Origin: Candidatus Latescibacterota bacterium
GTDB taxonomy: Bacteria > Latescibacterota > UBA2968 > UBA8231
Assembly: GCA_965217585.1 (NCBI GenBank)
Contig: OZ244561.1
Coordinates: 7,104,001 to 7,168,000 of the forward strand
DNA: 64,000 bases
Direction: 5' to 3'
Shown here: in pieces, positions 1 through 8,864 of the stretch
Numbering within the stretch: position 1 is the stretch's first letter
Layout: each line of letters opens with the position of its first letter
The notes under the pieces: generated by a model
Told to the model about the DNA's origin: nothing
Databases searched by the model: none
What the model saw: only the letters and a program-made list of their open reading frames with translations
Position numbers and translations under genes: made by a program

Positions 1-209
1 GGCCGCGCAGCAAAATCCACGCTTGTAGGAAGAGCGGAGTTAGTAGAGGGTTGCAGGAGAGTTTCCCAGGAGACCTCTTCCCCTGGAATGGCGTACCACT
101 CGACAGCGGCTCCGAGATTTATAGGAAGGCCACAGAGGAACAGGACGAGGATATAATAAAAAACAGCGCCTGTTGCCCCTGGAGCTTCTATCTTTTGGGG
201 GGCATGCAT
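1..209 (-). CDS. Putative secreted protein, 5' part only (runs off the left edge)
   Basis: Open frame from ATG 209: MHAPQKIEAPGATGAVFYYILVLFLCGLPINLGAAVEWYAIP..., with a hydrophobic signal-like segment and no stop before base 1. Not in the ORF track. Confidence 0.4.
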   Translation of the reverse strand, partial: MHAPQKIEAPGATGAVFYYILVLFLCGLPINLGAAVEWYAIPGEEVSWETLLQPSTNSALPTSVDFAAR

Positions 210-224
210 GGGATGTTGTGAGAA

Positions 225-260
225 AAGAGAGAGGAGAAGCTGGAGCTTCTCCTCTCTCTT
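225..260 (-). terminator. Rho-independent terminator
   Basis: Perfect 17-bp inverted repeat aagagagaggagaagct / agcttctcctctctctt, followed by T's on the minus strand, 28 nt past the stop of the 288-1217 gene. Confidence 0.75.
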
Positions 261-287
261 AAATTCTAATACTGATCCGCCAGTTTC

Positions 288-1217
288 TTACTGGGCGAAC
301 GTGGATTTGATTGCTCCCCAGGAATCCGTTTCCACTGCCGTCGCGCCAGAAGGTGAGGCGAGGAGAAAGTCTACAAAGTTGTCGGCATTGTTCCAGGTGG
401 AGCCCCCTCCCAGATTCGGGTAGGCATAATAAACGGCGCGACCTTCCTCGTTAAAGGAGTCGAAGTCCGCAACATTGACCTGCATGTGGACGATTTCGCC
501 TGCTTGCAGGTCGCGTTCGATGCTATCATTCGCTCCTGCTGGATTCAGGTCGTCCCAGGGAGTCGTATACGCTTCATAAATAAAGGAAGCCGGGCCGGAG
601 TTATGTTCGCCAATTGTCGTATTGGCAGCGTCCATGTAGGGCGGGACAGCGACCCAGGATGCGCCAGCGGAAAATAGCGTCACTCCGTGGAAGGGATCGA
701 GCACGATCTGCTGCGCCTGCGAATAAGCCCAGCGCGTCTCCTCTTCGGCCTCGAGTCCCAAGCAAGCGTAAGGGCCGCCACTGTGATCCGCATCGACATT
801 CCACTCGATGTTATCCGACTGGGTGTCAAAGATCCCCGAGGTCAGGGTTTCCGAGATGTAGAGATTGTCGAACACTTCTGCGCCGAGGTAGAGCCGGTTC
901 GTATTTTCGGCCCAGCCTAGGGCAAAACGCACGGCGAGATTGTCCAAGTTGTAAGTCGCTCCGGTACCCCAGAAATCGTTGCTGGTCATGGCTTCGGTAG
1001 TGATCCAGAAGACCGGGTCAGTTATCGTAGCCTCCCAATCGCCGATATCTGCGTTCAGAGTGGGAATCTCGTTCTCCGCAAACCCGTATGCCACCAGCAG
1101 ACCGCCGTAATCTTCGCCGGTGTCACCTACGACATTGAGGTGGGCCCGGGAATCCGTAGGCACACCGATGAGTAGGCCGATCGCCAGCACAGAAATGAGC
1201 AATTTATTCATTCTCAT
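288..1217 (-). CDS. Secreted acidic protein with C-terminal 'TAVETDSWGAIK' tail
   Basis: Start moved to MRMNKLLISVLAIGLLIG (signal peptide, GGAG upstream). 'DNIEWNVDADHSGG' resembles CBM9/DOMON-like sugar-binding folds. The ORF-track extension to 1550 looks non-coding. Confidence 0.7.
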   Translation of the reverse strand: MRMNKLLISVLAIGLLIGVPTDSRAHLNVVGDTGEDYGGLLVAYGFAENEIPTLNADIGDWEATITDPVFWITTEAMTSNDFWGTGATYNLDNLAVRFALGWAENTNRLYLGAEVFDNLYISETLTSGIFDTQSDNIEWNVDADHSGGPYACLGLEAEEETRWAYSQAQQIVLDPFHGVTLFSAGASWVAVPPYMDAANTTIGEHNSGPASFIYEAYTTPWDDLNPAGANDSIERDLQAGEIVHMQVNVADFDSFNEEGRAVYYAYPNLGGGSTWNNADNFVDFLLASPSGATAVETDSWGAIKSTFAQ

Positions 1218-1512
1218 TATTAACTCCCTGATGAAAGATAAAGGGTGAATATAGCCGTAATACATTCCAGCCGAGCAAGTTGAAAACACTCTCTTCCCCT
1301 CCTTTCTATTTTTGTTTTGAGAGTAAAAAAATCGCTTGAAATGGTAAGATAAGCACCTAGGGTTCCCGCGCAACCATACTTTAAATATCGATAACCCCGC
1401 ATGCTTTCCTGACCGTTCCATGAATTCGCCGGCGGCGACTACGTCTTCGTACACGGGCAATTGCATAAAATCCTCCGCTTGACGGCTAGAAAGCTGAGGC
1501 CGCATTTTACTG

Positions 1513-3852
1513 GTGACCCATACTGGCAACACTACCCTGGGGACGTGCAAAACGTTGAACTATCTACCATCCATTGCCAAAAGCGCCGTCGTCCTAGCGC
1601 TGCTCGCCGCACCAAGCCAAGCGCGGGAAACCCCCGTCGTCCAAGCCACCCGCACGCCCACGCCCCCTAGCATCGACGGTCGCCTCGACGATTCGGTCTG
1701 GCACCAAGCCCCGACCATAGCCGACTTTTTCCAGCGCGAGCCCGTCGAAGGCGCCCCGCCCACCGAGCAGACCCAAGTCCGCATCCTCTTTGACGACGAC
1801 CACCTATACTTTGCCCTGCGCTGTTTCGACAGCCAAGCCGACCGCCTAGTGGCCAACCAGATGCGGCGCGATGCCGACTTGGACGAAAACGACAATATCC
1901 AGATTATCCTCGATCCCTATAACGACCGCCGCGGCGGCTTCTACTTTAGCACCAATCCCCTAGGTGCTCGCCAAGATCTGCTGCTCACCGACGAGGGCCG
2001 CACCCGCAACCAAGCCTGGGACAGCGTCTGGCAGAGCCGCACCCGGATCGACAGCCTGGGCTGGAGCGCCGAAGTGGCCATTCCCTTCGATCAGGTGCGC
2101 TATCCCGACAGCGACCAAGCCGTGTGGGGCATTAATATCGGCCGCGCCATTCGCCGCAAAAACGAGGAAGTCTTCCTCGTGCCTCCGCCCCAATCCTATG
2201 GTTTTAGAGGCCGCTACCGCACCTCGCTTCTAGCGACCCTGACGGGTTTGGGCCAGCTGCAGAGCCGCCCGCCCCTAGCGGTCGTCCCCTTCTTGCTGAG
2301 CGGCACCCAGCGCGATTTTACGGCCGACGGCCCCACTGAATACGACCTAGATCCGGGCTTGGATTTCAAATACGGCCTCACTCCCTCGCTGACTTTGGAC
2401 CTTTCCTACAAAACCGACTTCGCCCAAGTGGAAGCCGACCAAGAGCAGATCAACCTCACCCGCTTCAGCCTGTTCTTTCCCGAAAAACGCGACTTCTTCC
2501 TCGAAGGGGCTGGCATTTTTGAATTTGGCGAACGCGTCGAAAGGCAGGGCAGTGGCGGTCGTCCGCCCACCCTGCTGTTCTACAGCCGCCGCATTGGCAT
2601 TGAAGAGGGCCATAATCTGCCCGTATTGGCCGGAGGCAAACTCACCGGACGAGCCGGTCCCTACCAGATTGGTACCCTGCGCATGACCACCCAAGCCATG
2701 ACCTTTGTCGATGAAGAAGAGGAGGATCGCTTTGTAACCGCAGGCGGCGACTTGCTCGACGAGGACCAAGTCGGGCTAAGTGGGGCAGCCATCGTCGATA
2801 CCTTGCAGCTAAACATCCTCGACACCCTGCGCGTAGCCCAGACCGACTTCACGGTCCTGCGCCTCAAGCGCGACCTGCTGGGCCGCTCCAACCTCGGCTT
2901 TATCGCCATCGACAAGCAACCCGGCTCCGAGGGTGATTACAACCGCACCGGCGGCGTGGACTTCACCCTGTCGCTGTTGCAGGCCGCTCTCAACCTGCGC
3001 GGCTTTGCCGCCAAGACTTGGATACCCCAAATAGAAGGCCGTGACCGGGCCGGCCTCCTGGAGCTGGACTACCGCCAAGGCCGCTTTGAGACCCGCCTGA
3101 GTTATCTGGACGTGGAAGAGGACTTTGCGCCCGAAGTAGGCTTTGTGCCGCGCACCGACATCCGCCGCCTCAAAGGCAGCGGGCGCTACCGGCCCCGACC
3201 GGCTATCGACTGGATCCGCATGTTCTCGCTCGGGCCGCGCTTTACCTACCTGACGGACCGGAACAATACCTTGCAGAGCCGCGATTTTGAATTCTCCGCC
3301 TTTGTCAATTTGGAAGTGGGAGACTGGTTCGGGGCGCGCTACCGCCAGCGCTACGAGCTTTTGGAGGAGGCGTTTGAGATACGCGACGACCAAGAAATTT
3401 CCCCAGGCGCGTACGAATTTGGCAGCTACCAGTTCAATCTCTTCGCCAATTCGAGCCGCCGCCTCTCGGGCCGCACTTCGTACGAATACGGCGATTTCTT
3501 CAACGGCATCCGCCAGCGCGTTTCCACCGAGGCCATCTGGCGCTACAATGCCCGCTTAGAGCTGGAGGGGACCTACGAGTTCAACCACATCAACCTGCCC
3601 AACGGTGCCTTCAACACCCACCTGTTCGGGCACCGCTTCCTCTATTCCTTCTCGCCCGACATGTTCGTGCGCGGCTTCTTGCAGTGGAACAGCGCCCAAG
3701 AGCTAGTGGGTGGCAATTTCCTATTCAACTACCGCTATCTGCCCGGCAGCGATCTGTTCCTCGTGTACAATCAGGTTTGGGATACGGAGGGAGGGTTGCA
3801 GCAGGCCAGCCGCTCGCTGCAACTCAAGTTGTCGTACTATTGGCAGCGCTGA
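1513..3852 (+). CDS. DUF5916 / CBM9-like domain outer-membrane protein
   Basis: 'PPSIDGRLDDSVW' CBM9-like N-terminus, 'TDFAQVEADQEQINLTRFSLFFPEKRDFFLEG' and 'LFYSRRIG' motifs, beta-barrel-like C-terminus (KLSYYW). Confidence 0.85.
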   Translation: MTHTGNTTLGTCKTLNYLPSIAKSAVVLALLAAPSQARETPVVQATRTPTPPSIDGRLDDSVWHQAPTIADFFQREPVEGAPPTEQTQVRILFDDDHLYFALRCFDSQADRLVANQMRRDADLDENDNIQIILDPYNDRRGGFYFSTNPLGARQDLLLTDEGRTRNQAWDSVWQSRTRIDSLGWSAEVAIPFDQVRYPDSDQAVWGINIGRAIRRKNEEVFLVPPPQSYGFRGRYRTSLLATLTGLGQLQSRPPLAVVPFLLSGTQRDFTADGPTEYDLDPGLDFKYGLTPSLTLDLSYKTDFAQVEADQEQINLTRFSLFFPEKRDFFLEGAGIFEFGERVERQGSGGRPPTLLFYSRRIGIEEGHNLPVLAGGKLTGRAGPYQIGTLRMTTQAMTFVDEEEEDRFVTAGGDLLDEDQVGLSGAAIVDTLQLNILDTLRVAQTDFTVLRLKRDLLGRSNLGFIAIDKQPGSEGDYNRTGGVDFTLSLLQAALNLRGFAAKTWIPQIEGRDRAGLLELDYRQGRFETRLSYLDVEEDFAPEVGFVPRTDIRRLKGSGRYRPRPAIDWIRMFSLGPRFTYLTDRNNTLQSRDFEFSAFVNLEVGDWFGARYRQRYELLEEAFEIRDDQEISPGAYEFGSYQFNLFANSSRRLSGRTSYEYGDFFNGIRQRVSTEAIWRYNARLELEGTYEFNHINLPNGAFNTHLFGHRFLYSFSPDMFVRGFLQWNSAQELVGGNFLFNYRYLPGSDLFLVYNQVWDTEGGLQQASRSLQLKLSYYWQR

Positions 3853-3998
3853 AACTACCGCTGGCTTTGCACCTCATCAAATCACGAGAGATCGCACTGC
3901 TTCTCCAAGCTCTTCACCGCTACCCTTGCCCCCGCCCGAGAGTTTAAAGGGGCGTTGTTGCATGAATCATCTTGGTTGTCAAGAGATGCCCTAAATAT

Positions 3999-4024
3999 GT
4001 AGGGGGCCCCCTTGTGGGCACCCT
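3999..4024. repeat. GTAG-type REP-like palindrome
   Basis: gtagggggcccccttgtgggcaccct: GTAG tetranucleotide followed by an imperfect stem, between convergent genes. Confidence 0.5.
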
Positions 4025-4048
4025 CAGTTCTTGACGCGGTACAGATTC

Positions 4049-5518
4049 CTATTCAACAGGTCGTGCATCGTTGCGGTCTTCGAGCCAGTAGGCGTAGAGG
4101 CGGGCTTGGTGCAGGTAGAACTTCAGGCGCACCGGTTTTTCAAATACCAAGTCGTGCGGGTGCTTCCAGACGTATTTGGCGCGCAGGCTGTCGCCGCTAA
4201 AAGGCGGCGGCTCCTCCCCGGGCACCCAGAAGTTAGGGAGGGGGCTGCCGGTCTCGGCGTCTTGGATCTCGGCGTAGATTTCGCCCCAGCGGGCGTCGGC
4301 GTTGAGGTAGAGGTCTTCGCCGCGCCAGTGGAAGGGATGGGTGACGAGGGTGGCGATTTCGTCGCCGTCGATGGAGACGAAGCGGTCGGGCGGCAGCTTG
4401 GCCAAGCAGAGCGCGCCCGGGTCGGCGAAGTGGCGCTGGTCCACCCCGAGCCGGAACAGCTCCTTGCAGCGGTTAAAGCGCTGGTACATTTCCACGCTGC
4501 TCGGGATGCGGAGGGCGTTGTAGTAAATCCAAATCTCGCCGTCTTCGCGCACCAGCGGCGCACCGGACATGAGGAGTTGGCTGGTGCCGTAGTTTTCCCC
4601 GTCAAAGGGTTCGATGCCGATAAAGGGCGTGCGCTCGGCCACCCGATCATAGGTGTGCAGGTCGCGCGAGACCGCCATTTCAATCTGGTTGATGCGGGTG
4701 AAGTTGGTGGCCGGCGGCGGGATAGCGCCGATGGGGTTAAAGACGGTGGGGAAGCCGATGTACAGGCCCTGATAGGGCATGACGGCCATGTTGTAGATCT
4801 CGGCGTAGTAGTCTTCGTCATCGACGATTGGCGGGGTGATGTACGCTGGGTCGTCGATGATGGTGCGGACGCGCTGGCGGCAGTTTTCCCAGTCGGTTTC
4901 GTCGGCGTGGAAGATGAGTTCGGGCGCGGTGAAGTGGTCGAAGTCACGGCTGGTCGCCAGCCAGACCGAGCGGCCCCACTCGGTGGGCTGCTTGACCAAG
5001 GCGAGGAATTGCTCGGTATAGGGATCGTACGCGAACTGGGACTCGTCTTGGCTGGGGATGAAGGCGCTGGTGAGCGGGGTCCAGGCAAACCCGTCGGGCG
5101 AGATGGCACCGCAGCGGCCGCGGCCGTCGGGCGCGTTGAACAGGGCCTTGTAGCGGCGGCCGGGGTCTGGGTCGCGCTCGTCGCGGACGATGTGGTACAG
5201 GCCCGGGCCGTTGGGATCGCAGGCGATGTTGTTGTCTTTGCTGCCGTTCCACTCGTATAGCCCCAGAGAGGGTTTTTCCCAGTGCTCGCCGTCGCGGGAG
5301 ATGGCAAAGCGGGCTTGCGGGCCGTTGTACCACCATTCGTAGCGCTCCTCGTCCGGGTTCCACAAGGGCGCGCTGCGGCTCTGGATGCCGCCAGTGATGA
5401 GGGGGCCACACCTTTTGGGCGGATGCAGAGTGCGGGTGGTGCCTTGCTCAGAGACTAAGGCGCGGCTGTCGAGGAAGAGCTGGCGATGCTTTTTGGGGTC
5501 GATGAGGTCAGTGGACAT
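4049..5518 (-). CDS. Hypothetical protein, glycoside-hydrolase-like five-bladed beta-propeller
   Basis: 'RQLFLD', 'AISRDGEHWEKPSLG', 'ISPDGFAW', 'ATSRDFDHF', 'VSRDLHTY' Asp-box-like repeats; C-terminal 'LYLNADA...VRLKFYL...LYAY'. Confidence 0.7.
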   Translation of the reverse strand: MSTDLIDPKKHRQLFLDSRALVSEQGTTRTLHPPKRCGPLITGGIQSRSAPLWNPDEERYEWWYNGPQARFAISRDGEHWEKPSLGLYEWNGSKDNNIACDPNGPGLYHIVRDERDPDPGRRYKALFNAPDGRGRCGAISPDGFAWTPLTSAFIPSQDESQFAYDPYTEQFLALVKQPTEWGRSVWLATSRDFDHFTAPELIFHADETDWENCRQRVRTIIDDPAYITPPIVDDEDYYAEIYNMAVMPYQGLYIGFPTVFNPIGAIPPPATNFTRINQIEMAVSRDLHTYDRVAERTPFIGIEPFDGENYGTSQLLMSGAPLVREDGEIWIYYNALRIPSSVEMYQRFNRCKELFRLGVDQRHFADPGALCLAKLPPDRFVSIDGDEIATLVTHPFHWRGEDLYLNADARWGEIYAEIQDAETGSPLPNFWVPGEEPPPFSGDSLRAKYVWKHPHDLVFEKPVRLKFYLHQARLYAYWLEDRNDARPVE

Positions 5519-5527
5519 GGTTATCGC

Positions 5528-6529
5528 TCATAGCGCAAAGGGTGGAATGCGGAGAAACGCGCCCCCTTGCCGGGCGGACTCTTGGGCCAGCAGGCAGGCT
5601 TGGGCGGTGGCGAACACCGAGCGGGTGGGGATGAAGAGGTCGGTGCCGCGTTCAATGGCGTCGATCAGGTTGGCGACTAACGCGCCGCTTTGGTCTTCAG
5701 GCAAATCGGGCGCGTACGGGCCGCGCTCGTTGGTGGCGATGAGCAGATGGGCTTCGGCATAGGCGCGCAAGTGCGCCGAGCCGGCCGTGCCCATGACGAT
5801 GAAACGCGTGTCGCCAAACGAGGGTGCGGATTGGGGCGTAAGCCAGTCGGCGGTGAGGGTCGCCAGCGCGCCGTCGGATAGCTCGAAGGAAGCCTGCACG
5901 TGGTCGTCTAAGCGCGGCTCTGCCGTGAACCGCTTGCAGGTGGTGAGGGCGTGGACGCCGACGCATTCGGCACCGGTGAGCCAGCGGATTTGATCGACGC
6001 CGTGGCAAGCTAGGTCGTGGAACGCGCCCGTGTACTGATTGGGGTCGAAATACCAAGCCGGAGCAGTGGCGCGGCGGATCTTGTGCGGGTGGGTGGAGAT
6101 GAGGCTGGCGATGGTCCCGAGCGCACCGTCGAGAATGGCTTGGCGCAGGGTGATAAACGGCGGATAGCTGCGCGAGGTGAACCACATGGACACGTGGATT
6201 GGGCTGGCGGCCACGGCGCAGCGCATGCGCTCCCAGTCGTCGAGCGTGCGGCACAGAGGTTTGTCGAGGAGCAGGTGAATGCCAGCGCGGGCGCAGGTTT
6301 CCACGAGCGCGGTTTTCTCGTGGTGGATCAAGCCTTCGAGGATTAGCTCGGGTCGGGCGCGGGCGATCATGTCGTCCAAGGTGGCAAAGCGGGGGATGGA
6401 TGCATAGCGCACGCAGAGCGCGTCGTCGTCTTCAACCAAGCCGACGATTTGGCCGTTTGATGCCTGCAAAGCGGATTGGATCATGCCGCTGATGTGGCCG
6501 TAGTGGACGCCCATGATGCCGATGCGCAT
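5528..6529 (-). CDS. Gfo/Idh/MocA family oxidoreductase
   Basis: Start MRIGIMGVHYGH; 'HLLLDKPL' and 'GAFHDLACHGVDQIRWL' motifs. Confidence 0.85.
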   Translation of the reverse strand: MRIGIMGVHYGHISGMIQSALQASNGQIVGLVEDDDALCVRYASIPRFATLDDMIARARPELILEGLIHHEKTALVETCARAGIHLLLDKPLCRTLDDWERMRCAVAASPIHVSMWFTSRSYPPFITLRQAILDGALGTIASLISTHPHKIRRATAPAWYFDPNQYTGAFHDLACHGVDQIRWLTGAECVGVHALTTCKRFTAEPRLDDHVQASFELSDGALATLTADWLTPQSAPSFGDTRFIVMGTAGSAHLRAYAEAHLLIATNERGPYAPDLPEDQSGALVANLIDAIERGTDLFIPTRSVFATAQACLLAQESARQGGAFLRIPPFAL

Positions 6530-6670
6530 GATGAACCCTCCGAGTGAAGCTGACGCGATTGGCGCAGATGAAAGTAAGGCGCGGTGGGTTAATGCGCTAC
6601 GGCTATTGTGGCGTATATTCAGGCACGGAATAGCGCCTGACGCGCTGCCCGCAAACAAAGGACCCGAACC

Positions 6671-8191
6671 ATGTCTGATTGGCTTACCACGAGACAGTTG
6701 CAGCACTTGCAGCGCGGCTACCGCAAGCGGGTCGAGACGCCCATCCCAACCCAAGTCGTATCCAGTGGCGAGTGCTTCCCGCCGCCGCAGTCTCGCCGCC
6801 AAGCCCAAGCCGAGGCGCTAATGCGCGAAAAGACCGACTTCTACGCGGGTCGCCAGGGGATGCCCCGCCAGCGGTATCTCCGCTCGCCCAGCGGCATGGC
6901 CGCGGCGTTTATGGCGATGAATCAAGTCTATGGCGATGTCTATCGCGTCGATCCGGCAGAGGCCGAAGACCCGGCGGCTGCCGAAGACCAGCGCAACCAG
7001 ACCCGCGATCAGTTTATCTTTGACGTCCACACCCACCACGTGCGCGAGGACTACACCTGGGAAGGTCAGCTCTGGCTGCGCGATGTGGCGCGGGGCAACA
7101 ACCAAGCCCAGACCCCGTGGAATCCAGCGCTGGTCGAGCAGGAGCTGGACCTGAAGTACTACAAGTTCGATTACTACGTCAAAGACATGTTTTTCGACAG
7201 CGACACCACGCTGGCGCTGTTGAGCACCTCGCCCTCGGTCGATCCCGAAAAGACGCTGTTGTCCGATCGGCAGATGGTCGCCACGCGGGACCAAGTCAAC
7301 GAGATCGCCGGTACGCGGCGCATGTTCGCCCACGGGGTCATCTGGCCGAGCGCACCCGAGTACCTCGAGCTAATGGAACCGGCGGCGACGGAATTGAAGG
7401 TGGACTCTTGGAAGGGCTACACCATCGGCGACGTGCTGGGCTACCATCCCACCTTTGACCGGCCCTGGTGCCTCGACGACGAAAAACTAACGTGGCCCAC
7501 CTACGAAAAGGCCCGCCAGCTCGGCGTGCGCAACATCTGCATCCACAAAGGCGTTTTGCCGATTGACTACGAGCGCCTTCCCAACTGGCAATACGCCAGT
7601 GTCGAGGACGTGGGCGGCGCGGCGGCAGCGTGGCCCGACCTGAATTTCCACATCTACCACGCGGGTCTGAAGATGTGGCGGGACGCCGAATCAGTCAGCG
7701 AGGAATTTGAACGCACCGGGCGGCTGGCTTGGATCGACGAGCTGGCTGCCATCCCCGCCGAATACGGGGTGTCGAATGTGTACGCGGATATTGGCCTGTC
7801 GTTTGGGGCGCTGGCGATCACGCATCCGCGACTGGCCGCGGCTATGGTGGCTAAGTTGATCAAGGGCCTCGGCGTTGATCACGTGTTGTGGGGGACGGAT
7901 TCTATTTGGTTTGGCTCGCCGCAATGGCAGATTGAGGCCTTTCGCCGGATTGAGCTGCCGCCCGACTTGCAGGACAAACTCGATCTAGCGCCGCTCGGCC
8001 CGGCCGACGGCCCGGTGAAAAACGCGATCTTCGGTATCAACGCCGCTGGGCAATACGGCCTTGCGATGGACGATCAGGGCCGACCTGTTACCGACTATGC
8101 TGGCGACGCGCTGTCGCAACTCAAGGCCGAATACTTGGCGGCGGGCAATGAGCGCGATAATCTATTTTGGGGGTGGATTCACAGGGAGTAG
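6671..8191 (+). CDS. Amidohydrolase family protein
   Basis: 'FIFDVHTHH' HxH metal site, 'ICIHKG', 'IYHAG', 'VLWGTDSIWFGSPQWQIEAFRR'. Confidence 0.85.
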   Translation: MSDWLTTRQLQHLQRGYRKRVETPIPTQVVSSGECFPPPQSRRQAQAEALMREKTDFYAGRQGMPRQRYLRSPSGMAAAFMAMNQVYGDVYRVDPAEAEDPAAAEDQRNQTRDQFIFDVHTHHVREDYTWEGQLWLRDVARGNNQAQTPWNPALVEQELDLKYYKFDYYVKDMFFDSDTTLALLSTSPSVDPEKTLLSDRQMVATRDQVNEIAGTRRMFAHGVIWPSAPEYLELMEPAATELKVDSWKGYTIGDVLGYHPTFDRPWCLDDEKLTWPTYEKARQLGVRNICIHKGVLPIDYERLPNWQYASVEDVGGAAAAWPDLNFHIYHAGLKMWRDAESVSEEFERTGRLAWIDELAAIPAEYGVSNVYADIGLSFGALAITHPRLAAAMVAKLIKGLGVDHVLWGTDSIWFGSPQWQIEAFRRIELPPDLQDKLDLAPLGPADGPVKNAIFGINAAGQYGLAMDDQGRPVTDYAGDALSQLKAEYLAAGNERDNLFWGWIHRE

Positions 8192-8194
8192 GGA

Positions 8195-8446
8195 ATGAAT
8201 CCAAGAGTATTAGAAATCACTCCAATAGAAGGGCACAAATTGAAGCTGCTTTTCGATAATGGGGAGCAGAGGTTCTACGACTGTTCTGGATTGTTGGATT
8301 TTGGTGTGTTTCAAGAATTGCAGGATAAAAGTTACTTTAGGAAGGCAAAAGTCGTGGATGGAACCATTGTTTGGCCTCATGGGCAAGATATATGTCCTGA
8401 TACATTGTATTTGGATTCTATAAAAAATGTGGGCGGTAGATTTTAG
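8195..8446 (+). CDS. DUF2442 domain protein (antitoxin-like)
   Basis: 'LKLLFDNGEQRFYD...GTIVWPHGQDICPDTLY' pattern; more AT-rich than neighbours. Confidence 0.8.
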   Translation: MNPRVLEITPIEGHKLKLLFDNGEQRFYDCSGLLDFGVFQELQDKSYFRKAKVVDGTIVWPHGQDICPDTLYLDSIKNVGGRF

Positions 8447-8523
8447 CTGGTGTAATCTAGCAAAGTGCCTATGGGCACGATCTGATATAGACTTCCAAGA
8501 TCTTCCTAGGAGGATACAGACAG

Positions 8524-8751
8524 ATGGACGATATCCTAACCATAGCCCAAATCGAAGCGCAGTTTGTCTCAGAATGGGTACTAGTCGAAGCCCCACAGAC
8601 CAACGACGCCTTGGAAGTGCAAAGCGGCAAGGTCCGCTGGCACAGCAAGGATCGGGAAGAGGTCTATCGCCAAGCTGTAGTATTGCGTCCTAAACGGTTC
8701 GCCATCTTGTACACGGGGAAGATGCCCGAGGACACGGCGATCGTCCTATGA
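8524..8751 (+). CDS. Small hypothetical protein (DUF5678-like partner of aspartyl proteases)
   Basis: AGGAGG upstream; 'EWVLV...GKVRWHSKDREEVYR...LYTGKMP'; ATGA overlap with the protease stub. Confidence 0.65.
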   Translation: MDDILTIAQIEAQFVSEWVLVEAPQTNDALEVQSGKVRWHSKDREEVYRQAVVLRPKRFAILYTGKMPEDTAIVL

Positions 8752-8864
8752 GCTTCTCCTTTGATCCACAGCAGGGGTTGATCATTGTGCCGGCAGAGCT
8801 GTGGGGGCCGAGTGGCAGTGCTGTTCTCCGCCTAGCGCTCGACACTGGAGCAAGCCTGCCCTAG
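8748..8864 (+). pseudogene. Truncated retropepsin-like aspartyl protease (38 codons)
   Basis: MSFSFDPQQGLIIVPAELWGPSGSAVLRLALDTGASLP*: catalytic LDTGA motif, then the frame ends at the stop of the convergent sulfatase. Confidence 0.7.

Noticed and set aside
4031-5409. Long ORFs 4031-5260 (+) and 4123-5409 (-)
   Set aside because: Antisense or off-frame shadows of the 4049-5518 gene, common in GC-rich DNA and without motifs.
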